Shown here: positions 39,917 to 48,932 of the stretch, piece by piece
Layout: each line of letters starts with the position of its first letter
Numbering within the stretch: the first letter of the stretch is position 1
Assembly: GCA_963704645.1 (NCBI GenBank)
Contig: OY969926.1
Location: 1,120,001 to 1,184,000 of the forward strand
Length of the DNA: 64,000 nucleotides
Reading direction: 5' to 3'
Source: an uncultured bacterium
GTDB taxonomy: Bacteria; Patescibacteriota; JACMRA01
Made by a program: the position numbers and the translations under genes
The notes under the pieces: model-generated
Seen by the model: the letters and a program-made list of their open reading frames with translations, nothing else
Databases searched by the model: none
What the model was told of the DNA's origin: nothing

Positions 39917-40507
39917 ATGCTGTTAAATCGTAAATTTGCTGGTTTGGCTATTGCTACTGGAATCGCTGTTGCTCAATTTTTTGGCGCAATTTGTTCTGCT
40001 CAAGCTCAAAATTTTGATGAGAGCGAGCTAATCATTCCAAATATTGTTGACTGCGACAAGTTGTGGAAAGAAGGCGATCCAAGCCCACCAAAACTGTGTG
40101 CAGATTTAAAAAAAGACAATGGCAGTGACAAAAAAATTGTCATCGATCGCGGCCTTACTGAGTTCCAACGTAAAAGATTAGCAATTCAGCTAAGGGCTAA
40201 ACTAGAGCTGGAAAAACTTGAAGCTAATGAACGCAAACGACAAGGAGCAGAAATCGTCACAGTTGTTTCTTTAAGCTCAAGCTTAAAAATTGAAAGGGTT
40301 TGGAAAACGACAAGAAATAGTGTTTCTTTGGCTATCCCAGCCGAATTTTCATCAACACAGCTCTTGTGGACTGGAGCAGATAGTGTTCCGCGAGGTTTAA
40401 GTGCAACCCATCTTCGTGAAATAAAAAGTTTTATTGTTAGTGGGGAAGATACCTATATCTCCCTTGCTGACGGTATTATTTTAAAAATATCATCAAAAGG
40501 AAACTAA
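39917..40507 (+). CDS. Orphan secreted protein
   Basis: Signal peptide (AQA), AAGGAG SD, promoter TTGACC-17-TTTATT, terminator 40521-40552. Confidence 0.7.
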   Translation: MLLNRKFAGLAIATGIAVAQFFGAICSAQAQNFDESELIIPNIVDCDKLWKEGDPSPPKLCADLKKDNGSDKKIVIDRGLTEFQRKRLAIQLRAKLELEKLEANERKRQGAEIVTVVSLSSSLKIERVWKTTRNSVSLAIPAEFSSTQLLWTGADSVPRGLSATHLREIKSFIVSGEDTYISLADGIILKISSKGN

Positions 40508-40850
40508 AATATAGTTTCGACCCTAACCTCACCAACCGGCGTGGAGTTAGGGATTATTTTTTTGGGCGAAAATTGTTTGAATTATTTAAAATATTTTTGC
40601 TGATCAGCTATTAGGGCAATTGTTTATACAAGTTTATTAAATAAATTTTAAAGCAAACCCCGAACCATATCAACTACCACCGTAGGGAAATACTTGCCAT
40701 TCTCAATTCCCCAATTCCCCATTGTAATAACCATTCCCAATCACCATCTCATTGTAAGATAAAGTTTCATTTTTACATTTTGAGAAAATTTGTTTGACGA
40801 CGCCTCCATTATATTCTGTAATGAAGTGTTTTTGTAGAAAGGAGCAGTTT

Positions 40851-41315
40851 ATGGCAAAAGGTTGGCATTTGGAGGATGAAACACTATTTATATATAAATT
40901 ATGTAGAGGTAACCCAACTCAAGATGAGACTTATTATGTATCGCAAAGCCTGTCTAAAGTTAGTCAAGCATTGGCAGGTTCTGCAGATGGGGAAATCTAC
41001 GCTCTAATTACAAGTCAAAATTGTAATGGTGATTTACAACTAGCGCACTTGTGCTATTGCTACATTTGCAACAAAAGTGTACATCACGGCGAAACATGGG
41101 AAAGATTTGCCCAAGATTTTTACGAAAGCTACAGAAACCACAGCTTGTTTTCATTGGTATGGGAAAACTATACTATTTATGACAATGAAGAAGTTGATGA
41201 AATCTTAGCTAGTATCTGCGAGGAAGTCCTCTTCAGCATGATACTTCTCTATGGAACAGCAGATCAATTTCCAATGTATTGGAAAGAAAGAGAATGGAGA
41301 ATGCTGTTTGTTTAA
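40851..41315 (+). CDS. Orphan protein
   Basis: AAGGAG SD before ATG 40851; the track's TTG start is the TTGACG -35 box; terminator TACCGCTT...AAGCGGTA plus T-run. Confidence 0.65.
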   Translation: MAKGWHLEDETLFIYKLCRGNPTQDETYYVSQSLSKVSQALAGSADGEIYALITSQNCNGDLQLAHLCYCYICNKSVHHGETWERFAQDFYESYRNHSLFSLVWENYTIYDNEEVDEILASICEEVLFSMILLYGTADQFPMYWKEREWRMLFV

Positions 41316-41459
41316 ATTGAATAAAATATAATACCGCTTTTAGAAATCTTTAAGCGGTACTTTTTTATGCAGTCTTTTATAAAACAAAAATTATTAAATA
41401 GCATGTTTTATTCATCAAAAGAAAATAGCACCTAAGAATAACACTTAGGCACTATGGTT

Positions 41460-41615
41460 TTAAGCACGTCTCGATCGACGCATTAAAACTTTTTGATCCC
41501 TGGTAAAATGGAGATTTATTCCACTTCCATTTCGCAAGTCTTCTCGGACTTTGCTATGAGCGTCCGCAACAACTTCCTCAGTTGTTTCTTGCGATGCTAA
41601 TAATATAGCACTCAT
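41460..41615 (-). CDS. Small orphan protein (51 aa)
   Basis: AGGAG SD before ATG 41615; hairpin near 41424-41454 downstream. Confidence 0.5.
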   Translation of the reverse strand: MSAILLASQETTEEVVADAHSKVREDLRNGSGINLHFTRDQKVLMRRSRRA

Positions 41616-41758
41616 AATTCTTCTCCTGTTGTATTTCAATATAGATAGAATACTAGATAATCTAAAGTTACATAAAAAGCTAATTGTCAATAGTAAAAGT
41701 GTAAATATATTGTCTGTTATTATTACTGTTCCAACTTTAATTAACACCCAAGGCTAGT

Positions 41759-42166
41759 CTAAATTTCCAAATAATTTTTATAGGTTTTAACTAATAATTT
41801 ATCAAAACTAACTAATTCCAAACTATTTTGTAGGCAAACTTGTAAATACAAACTGTCTTCAAAAGATAAATTTTCTTTATTAAAAGTATTTAAAACTTTT
41901 TTAAAATCTAGCTGTTTAGGCTGTAAAATTTCAACAATTCCCAGATCTAAAAATTCCTGGAATGCTTCTACAATTTCCTGTTTAGAAAATTCATAATGTG
42001 TAGTAAGAACATATTTTAATTCAATTAAAGTTTCCGGTAGAATAAATAACTTATATTCTTGCCTTACAGCTTTTTCAAACAATAAATTTACTTCAGCTTG
42101 CTGACTTTCAACGTCCCCAATTAAAAATCTGGCGATTATATTTGTATCTAACAAAACTTTAATCAT
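41759..42166 (-). CDS. PIN-domain toxin (VapC-like)
   Basis: VLLDTNII, E, LSFED, SFDK acidic PIN residues; start overlaps the antitoxin stop. Confidence 0.88.
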   Translation of the reverse strand: MIKVLLDTNIIARFLIGDVESQQAEVNLLFEKAVRQEYKLFILPETLIELKYVLTTHYEFSKQEIVEAFQEFLDLGIVEILQPKQLDFKKVLNTFNKENLSFEDSLYLQVCLQNSLELVSFDKLLVKTYKNYLEI

Positions 42167-42443
42167 ATTTTTGGTTTTTAAAACTATCAGTTTTTGACCT
42201 CTCCAAAGCAGCTTCAAACTCTTCACCAGTTTCAAACATTTTGTTTTTGTTTTTAAGCTTTCTACCTAAACTTCCCTGTATTTTAGACATTTTATTTTCT
42301 ATATTTTGAATATTGTAAGTATCCTGTTTTTGACCATCTTCAAAAATATGCAAATACATTCCTGGTTTTAAATCTAATTTATTCAATAAATCTACTGGCA
42401 AAGTAACTTGATTCTGTGATGAAACTTTTAGTTTAAAGGTCAT
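42159..42443 (-). CDS. AbrB/MazE-type antitoxin (VapB-like)
   Basis: KVSSQNQVTLP..L...LDLKPG swapped-hairpin motif; palindromes (AGTTATTT/AAATAACT) over the promoter. Confidence 0.85.
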   Translation of the reverse strand: MTFKLKVSSQNQVTLPVDLLNKLDLKPGMYLHIFEDGQKQDTYNIQNIENKMSKIQGSLGRKLKNKNKMFETGEEFEAALERSKTDSFKNQKYD

Positions 42444-42582
42444 AGTAAAGTTATTTTAAATAACTAAAATTATAATGTCAAAGTAAAAAATAGTTACTTA
42501 GACATGTATGAAATTAGTTTTGACTTTTCTTATATTTTGTGTATTAGTAAGTGTAAGTGCTAGCTGTGTTTAGGAGACAGTT

Positions 42583-42780
42583 ATGTCGTTTTTTTATGTT
42601 GCAACTGGTAGGACAATTACAGTCATCACAGTTAGTAGATTTCTTTGGCCCATCGGATGCGAGGAGAAGCCTAGTTATGGCATAAGTCATACTCACTCAA
42701 AACTTCTTCAAGAACAACGAAAGGAGAGGTGGCGTAGGAAACAAAGGACACTTGCAATACGTCTTTCTTGGAAATACTAA
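42583..42780 (+). CDS. Small basic orphan protein
   Basis: AGGAG SD; terminator 42799-42831 similar to 40521-40552. Confidence 0.5.
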   Translation: MSFFYVATGRTITVITVSRFLWPIGCEEKPSYGISHTHSKLLQEQRKERWRRKQRTLAIRLSWKY

Positions 42781-42860
42781 GTTTAACTATTTGTCCATCC
42801 CTAACTTCACCAATCAACGTTGGATTTAGGGATAATTTTTTTGGCCAAAATCACCACCTA

Positions 42861-44189
42861 CTACAACAACTCATTCCCAACTTTATCTTCTAAAGTAACC
42901 TGGTTCCACAAAGTTCCTCTATCAAAAGTAAAAACATTTGGGTCCGCTTTAATATCTGTTAATTTTAGGGGAACGGTTAAATGCACACCAGCCATTGTTC
43001 TGCAACGGCTAAAAGCTACATAGGTTTGGCCAAAAATAAAAGCTCCCCTACCCATGTTAATAATACAATTATCAAAGGTTTGCCCCTGCGATTTATGAAT
43101 GGTTACGGCCCAAGCCAATTTTAAGGGATATTGCACAAAACTGCCTACTGTTTTCTTTACTGTTTCCAACTTCTCTTCATCATATTCATACTTATAGGCT
43201 TCCCAAGTAGAAAGTTCTACTTCTACCAATTTTGAGTTTTTAGAATTTAAACGAATTAAGACTGTGTCTTTTTGAAGCTCTTCCACCACTCCAATTGTAC
43301 CATTTACCCAACGTCTTTCTGGGTCATTTTTAATAAACATTACTTGAGCCCCAATTTTTAGGTTTAAATATTTTTCAGTGGGATAAAGCTCTTCCCCGAA
43401 GCTTCCTGTAATTACGGCTTTGTAGCTAAATTCTTCAGCACTTAGTTTTTCCAATTCATCAAAATTTATATTGGCAGCATCTTTGTTTATAGTTGTAATA
43501 GTAATTGGTAAAGTTTCTTGCGGAACATTTTTGCCAACAAATTTAGTATTCACCCAAGAAATTAAGCTTGCATTGGCCACGCCGTAACGTAAATAATTTA
43601 ATAATTTTATGAACTCGGCTTCACTTTGGCGGTAATTGTGTTCAAGTTTTATATATTTCAAATGCAAATCTGCAAAACATTTAGCCCCAAAAAAATATTC
43701 ACTATTATAGCGACTTGAAAACTGCTCTTTTTCCTCCCGACGTAAAACTGGGGGAAGTTGAAAATGATCACCAAACAAAATTAATTGAACACCGCCAAAA
43801 GGTAATCTTGGCTTTTCTTTGTTCAACCTGAAAAACTTATCTAGCAAATCTAGCATGTCACTTCTAACCATGGAAATTTCATCAATAACCAAAATATCTA
43901 TAGCTTTCACCCTGCGGTTATCACGAAGTTTATGAACTTTCCCCTCTTCCAAAAGTTGCCAAGCCGGATCAGTGCTTAATCTACAAAAACTGTGAATTGT
44001 TTCCCCACCAACATTAATTGCAGCCATGCCAGTAGGTGCCAAAATTGCAACTTTTTGTTTTACTTCGTCTAAAAAATGTTTTAAAAGCGTGCTTTTACCT
44101 GTTCCAGCATCTCCTGTAATGTACAAATTATGCCGTGTTTTAAGCATTAATTCTAAAGCAAGCGTTGCAATTTTATTATCTTTAAACAT
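42861..44189 (-). CDS. Pif1-family (SF1B) DNA helicase
   Basis: TGDAGTGKS, APTG.AAIN.GG.TIHSF, IDEISMV, PFGGVQ.ILFGD.FQLPPV, QYPLKLAWAVTIHKSQGQT, GQTYVA.SR. Confidence 0.93.
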   Translation of the reverse strand: MFKDNKIATLALELMLKTRHNLYITGDAGTGKSTLLKHFLDEVKQKVAILAPTGMAAINVGGETIHSFCRLSTDPAWQLLEEGKVHKLRDNRRVKAIDILVIDEISMVRSDMLDLLDKFFRLNKEKPRLPFGGVQLILFGDHFQLPPVLRREEKEQFSSRYNSEYFFGAKCFADLHLKYIKLEHNYRQSEAEFIKLLNYLRYGVANASLISWVNTKFVGKNVPQETLPITITTINKDAANINFDELEKLSAEEFSYKAVITGSFGEELYPTEKYLNLKIGAQVMFIKNDPERRWVNGTIGVVEELQKDTVLIRLNSKNSKLVEVELSTWEAYKYEYDEEKLETVKKTVGSFVQYPLKLAWAVTIHKSQGQTFDNCIINMGRGAFIFGQTYVAFSRCRTMAGVHLTVPLKLTDIKADPNVFTFDRGTLWNQVTLEDKVGNELL

Positions 44190-44193
44190 TGGT

Positions 44194-44904
44194 TCAAGTA
44201 TTTATAAAACCAAGTTTGTTGGCAATGGGAGCTCTTGGATTTAAAATATCTAGTTTCCAACTTCCAGGATTATTAAATATATACTCCCGAATTCTGGAAA
44301 GGTCTGCGTCATTCCGAATAACTCGTTCATAAAAAGATTTCTGCCAAAATGAAGGAAAACTCGTAGGGGAACGCTTGCCGTTCCCGTGATACTTAATATT
44401 TCGATAGACTTTATTCTCATCAACCATGCTAATTTCGTTGCTTGTTAAAATTCTATACTCTTTATGGAACCGCAAGGGTTCCCCTACAAATTGCTTATTT
44501 ATATGATACCATGATATTGATTTAAATTTGGATATTATATCCGATAAATTTGTTTCCTGTGTTGTTATTTTAGAAATTGGTTTATCTAAAAATGTCATGA
44601 TTCCATGAATATGATTGGGCATAATTACAAAATCCTCCATTATTATGTTTTCAAATATGTCAGATAAACTTAGCCAAATATCAATAACAATAGAACCAAT
44701 TTCCGTAGGGACGAATTTTAATTCGCGTTGGGGCACTCCCAAGACAGGAGAAACAAGTTTCTCCCCTACGCCGTGATTTATAAAATTAACTACCTCCCCA
44801 AAAATACATCTTTTGTCTTGCACACATATTGTTATGAAGAAAGAATTATTGTTTGAATAAATGTTTTTATCTGGGAATCTTATTTTCTTACGGTTGTTGC
44901 TCAT
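44194..44904 (-). CDS. REP-associated tyrosine (Y1/HUH) transposase, RAYT/IS200-like
   Basis: FFITIC, FVIMPNHIHGI (HUH), FKS, WQKSFYERVIR, catalytic Y in IREYIFNNP. Confidence 0.9.
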   Translation of the reverse strand: MSNNRKKIRFPDKNIYSNNNSFFITICVQDKRCIFGEVVNFINHGVGEKLVSPVLGVPQRELKFVPTEIGSIVIDIWLSLSDIFENIIMEDFVIMPNHIHGIMTFLDKPISKITTQETNLSDIISKFKSISWYHINKQFVGEPLRFHKEYRILTSNEISMVDENKVYRNIKYHGNGKRSPTSFPSFWQKSFYERVIRNDADLSRIREYIFNNPGSWKLDILNPRAPIANKLGFINT

Positions 44905-45073
44905 CCCTTAAACCCAACATAATTTTTCTAGCTAAACAATATAAAGTTTGGGTTATTGGTTGGACTAACTCATAAAATAGCAAAATTCTTAATTTTCTTG
45001 GGAATTATTGCCTTGCCAGAAGGCTTTTTTTATGCTAATTTTAAATTAGATTTAGTAGTATTTGCGAGGAAAA

Positions 45074-45325
45074 ATGAGCTATAGAATTAATTTGGAAATG
45101 GAAGGTAAGTTTCTGATAGTTACCGAAAGTGGTGACAGATTTACTGACATTGCGAAAACTCAAAGTCTTGAAGTTAATAGTACACTTTTAAAATGGCGTT
45201 TTAAATTTGACAGATATGGGAATCCAGTGAATGGAGACGCTGTATCATTATACTGCCTGCCAGATTGTATTTCTCTAGAAATACTTAAAGATTTCATCCA
45301 ACAATGGAATAGAAATCAGCAGTAA
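45074..45325 (+). CDS. Small orphan protein
   Basis: GAGG SD before ATG 45074; promoter TTGCCA-17(TGC)-TAATTT; hairpin plus T-run downstream. Confidence 0.6.
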   Translation: MSYRINLEMEGKFLIVTESGDRFTDIAKTQSLEVNSTLLKWRFKFDRYGNPVNGDAVSLYCLPDCISLEILKDFIQQWNRNQQ

Positions 45326-45388
45326 ATAACAAGTGGTAAGTTTTTAAAAGCACTTTTTTAAGGGCTTTTTTATTTCTACAATTTTACC

Positions 45389-46588
45389 TTACTCCGCAAA
45401 CCCAACCTTAACAATTTCCACACAACCCTTCTTTTTTAAACTTTCGTAGCGTTTGTTTTCACTTCGTATAAAACTGTAGTCTATTTCAAAAGTTTTTCCT
45501 TCTTGCTTTAATTTAGGGATAATCTGGTTATAAACTTCCAGCAAATTTTCTTGACTAGCTGGCATAATTCCAACTTTTTCCAGTTCATTAAACTTTTCTG
45601 GCCACAAATTCCAACTATCTAAAAACTCTGAGAAGGGCACATCACCAGGAGCAAAACCAACTGCTGCAGATTTTTTTCCGTATAAATCTAGTAAGTCATC
45701 AAAGCGCCCTCCGCCGAATAAAGACCTGTTGTTTTCTTCGTTAGTATCAAAGGCTTCAAAAATTAAACCTGTATAGTAGGCCTGGCCACGAATAATTGTG
45801 CAAGTAAATTCAAAATCTACATCTGGCTGAATTTTTGGTAAAGTTTCTAAAATTAACTTCATTTCTGGCTGATTCAAGGCAATATTCAAATATTCCTGCC
45901 AATTTTCACCTTGTTTTTTGGCTGTTTGCAAAATTTTCTGGGCATCGGCTTCTGGTAAAATTTCTTTAAGTGCATTTAAACTTTGCTCTTCAGTTTGTTT
46001 ATACCAACCATCTAATATTTTATAAATTTCAGGCCTAAAGTTAACCCAACCATTTTTTTCCGTCCATTCGTCTAGAACCAATCTGCTGTTATACAAAATT
46101 TTATACTGTTCTTTCTTGGCTGCAAAAGCTTTAAAAAGTTCGGCTGATAAGTTTAAAACTTCCAAATCTACAGGGCCACGCTCTGCACCTGCAATGTTAA
46201 CTTCCAACTGATAAAATTCACGCGATCTACCTTTTTGTGGTCGTTCGTATCTAAAACAATTAGCAATACTAAACCAACGAACAGGGAATTTTAACTGCTC
46301 AAATTTGTCAGCAATTAAACGGGCAAAACTAAGTGTTAATTCTGGCCGAAGTGCAATTTTTCTGTCTCCTTTGTCGGTAAAAGAATAAAGCTGTTGACCC
46401 CCAAGTTCTTCCCCACTTTTGGCTATAAAAGCCTCGGCATTTTCTATAACGCTGCTGTCATATTCTACAAAACCGTTGGCCACCATGGTTTTTCGCCAAG
46501 TATTAAAAACAAAATTGCGTTTAACCAAATCTTCTGGGTACATATCTCTAGTTCCCTTATAAGGCCCAGTAGTAAAAATTTTAGACAT
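45389..46588 (-). CDS. hisS: Histidyl-tRNA synthetase
   Basis: KGTRD, ALRPELT, FRYERPQKGR.REFYQ, RG.AYYTG.IFE, GGGRFD. Confidence 0.93.
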   Translation of the reverse strand: MSKIFTTGPYKGTRDMYPEDLVKRNFVFNTWRKTMVANGFVEYDSSVIENAEAFIAKSGEELGGQQLYSFTDKGDRKIALRPELTLSFARLIADKFEQLKFPVRWFSIANCFRYERPQKGRSREFYQLEVNIAGAERGPVDLEVLNLSAELFKAFAAKKEQYKILYNSRLVLDEWTEKNGWVNFRPEIYKILDGWYKQTEEQSLNALKEILPEADAQKILQTAKKQGENWQEYLNIALNQPEMKLILETLPKIQPDVDFEFTCTIIRGQAYYTGLIFEAFDTNEENNRSLFGGGRFDDLLDLYGKKSAAVGFAPGDVPFSEFLDSWNLWPEKFNELEKVGIMPASQENLLEVYNQIIPKLKQEGKTFEIDYSFIRSENKRYESLKKKGCVEIVKVGFAE

Positions 46589-46638
46589 ATTAATTTAAAA
46601 TTAAAACCCTTCCAAAAAATTGGCAAATCCAAAACAAC

Positions 46639-46808
46639 GTAGAGGCGAGCCCGTCTCGCCACCGCCACCGCCCCAAAACAAGCAAGCAATAAAACCACCC
46701 TGTAGCGGCGAAGCTTGCGAGCCACACATTTTAAAAATCCAAATTGTTTTTTAAGAGAGAGTTTATGTTTTAAACTGAACATTCATTTTAACTCAACGAG
46801 CCACTACC
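46639..46808. repeat. Cluster of GTAG-type REPs
   Basis: GTAGA-GGCGAG-cccgt-CTCGCC (46639-46660); GTAGCGGC...GCC (46702-46723); inverted copy ending GCCACTAC at 46808. Confidence 0.7.
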
Positions 46809-47383
46809 CACCCTTTGCCCAACCACCAAAAATATGCATAAATTAAAAGGAATTAAGAGTTTTTTCTTGGTTCAATTGTAAATAATTTTTTGGAAACATC
46901 ATACCACTAGAATCATCAATTTCAGAGCATAAAGCAGGTGAAGGTTTAGAACTTACACTTGCAAATTGGCCATACTTGGAGGTAATTCTCAAAAGCTATT
47001 TGGATAATTTGCCTGTTTACAATGAACAACTAGGATAGATCAAAATCACTTGGATAAAGCACACTGGCGAAGGTAGTTGTGCTCACATTTTTGAAGGATA
47101 TGTAAATGAAGTAATTACTTTTTTAGGGTGGCAGATTATTGTGTTCAGTATAAAACCTTAGCCAAATTGGCAGTCACAACTTCATAAAATTTAAAATATA
47201 CACGCCTCCTTAAACTATATTTTTAACAATTAAAACTTTAATTAGTTAAATTTAATTTTTTTATTCTGCCATACCTAAAGCATAAGCAGGTTAACATGCA
47301 ACATTTAACGATGGAAAATGCCCAATAAGGCTTGACAAAATTCAAGTTCTAAAGCTTCTTTTGGTGAACATATCTTTCCTTTC

Positions 47384-48889
47384 ATGAACCCAAAGCACTT
47401 ACAAACTTTTGATGAAATATGTCAGAATTTGTGGCTAGATCTAGAGAATTATATTAAATACCTAGAGCCGCAGGAAAAGATGATGGTTTGTAATGCTTTT
47501 CAGGCTGCCATGGAAATATATGGGAATAAAAAAAGGGATGATGGAAGTTACTATTTAGAACACAAAGTAGAAGTGGCAAAAATTTTGGCAAAAATTCATT
47601 TAGATCAAGATACCTTAGCCGCCGCACTGCTTTACGGAAGCACAGATGATAAGCCGTTTTTAGAGCTTCATAGACTAAATTTCCCATCTAAGGTTTTTGA
47701 AATTATTGAAGATTTAAATAAAATTCTGGCTTTACTGCAGAACACTAGTCAGAATTCATCTGAAAAATATGCTGAAAACTTAAGAAGGATGTTTGTGGCC
47801 ACTGGAAGAGATTTTAGAGTATTTTTCATTAAGCTTGCCGATAGAATTAACAATTTGAAAAATATGCAGCATCTAGCACCAGAGAAAGCTAGAGAAATTG
47901 CAGAGCAAGCTATAAAAATTGATTCTGAAATTGCTTCAAGAATGGGCATTAGCATTTTAAAAAATGGTATTGAAGATTCGGCTTTTCAGTATTTACACCC
48001 AAAGATATGGAACTTCATGGTGAACAACAGTGTTTTAAATTTTGAAAATAGAACAACTCATTCAAAAAAACTGCAAATTAAAACCGAAAAGTTTTTAACC
48101 GAAAGAAAATTTCCCTATTTAGAAATAATGGGAAGAGCTAAGGGTTATTATGCAGTTTACAACAAACTATATGACAAAGGTAAAACCATAGATGAAGTTC
48201 ACGATTTAATTGCACTTAGAATAATTGTAGACGATGTTCCAAAATGTTTCCAAGCATTAGACGAAATCCATACAATTTTTCCTGAATACGTGGAAAGAAC
48301 CAAAAATTACATTCAAAATCCTAAAGAAAACGGGTATCAAAGTATTCATACAACTGTTATAGACAAGGAAACAAATACTTCTTTTGAATTCCAAATTAGA
48401 ACCAAAGAAATGCACGAATTGGCTGAATATGGTGCTGCCGCACACTGGGCTTACAAAAAGAAGGTTATAGCAGCTGATAGTAAGTTAAATTTCTTAGATC
48501 CAAATACTTTAATGAATTTTGGTGAAACTTTGCGCAGAGGGGCTTGGAACTTATTGCTTAAACAAAAAGAGGCAAAAAAGAATTTAGAAATGAATTTATT
48601 TCAAGATAAAGTATTTGTACTTACCCCAAAAGGTGACGTAATAAGCTTGCCAGACAATTCTACAGCACTTGATTTTGCTTATAAAATTCACCAGGAGGTT
48701 GGAAATAAAGCAGCCTATGCAAAAATTAATAGCAAAGCAAACAACTTGTACACTGTTTTAAAAACTGGCGATATGGTTGAAATAGTTACAGACACATACC
48801 AGTCTCCGAAAAAATACTGGTTAAATTGGTCAAAAACAAATACTGCTCACAAAATGATTAAGTCTTATTTAAAAAACGGTGTAAGCTAG
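47384..48889 (+). CDS. RelA/SpoT-family (p)ppGpp synthetase (degenerate HD domain, synthetase, TGS; no ACT)
   Basis: IKLADR..N, GRAK, DLIALR, PKENGYQSIHT, EFQIRT.EMH..AE.G.AAHW.YK, FVLTPKG...DFAY.IH. Confidence 0.92.
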   Translation: MNPKHLQTFDEICQNLWLDLENYIKYLEPQEKMMVCNAFQAAMEIYGNKKRDDGSYYLEHKVEVAKILAKIHLDQDTLAAALLYGSTDDKPFLELHRLNFPSKVFEIIEDLNKILALLQNTSQNSSEKYAENLRRMFVATGRDFRVFFIKLADRINNLKNMQHLAPEKAREIAEQAIKIDSEIASRMGISILKNGIEDSAFQYLHPKIWNFMVNNSVLNFENRTTHSKKLQIKTEKFLTERKFPYLEIMGRAKGYYAVYNKLYDKGKTIDEVHDLIALRIIVDDVPKCFQALDEIHTIFPEYVERTKNYIQNPKENGYQSIHTTVIDKETNTSFEFQIRTKEMHELAEYGAAAHWAYKKKVIAADSKLNFLDPNTLMNFGETLRRGAWNLLLKQKEAKKNLEMNLFQDKVFVLTPKGDVISLPDNSTALDFAYKIHQEVGNKAAYAKINSKANNLYTVLKTGDMVEIVTDTYQSPKKYWLNWSKTNTAHKMIKSYLKNGVS

Positions 48890-48932
48890 ATTTTTGTAAT
48901 GTAATTTAAGTTATAAACTTGAATCTTCCTTA

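Noticed and set aside
40521-40552. Integron attC site (CCCTAAC...GTTAGGG)
   Set aside because: Only 32 bp (attC sites are about 57 bp or longer), imperfect R boxes, followed by a T-run like a terminator, and no integrase in the window
40696-40755. Heptamer-like pyrimidine repeats (ATTCCCC/CATTCCC), similar tract at 12889-12915
   Set aside because: Short and degenerate; cannot be separated from low-complexity intergenic sequence
37072-42780. Prophage remnant explaining the orphan cluster
   Set aside because: No structural, integrase or replication genes; orphans are in mixed orientation and interleaved with host genes
14420-45045. A special promoter class (TTGnnn-17 ending TGC) unique to orphan genes
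   Set aside because: The same extended -10 layout occurs at the amidase promoter (3523-3551), so it is probably the general sigma70 consensus of this organism
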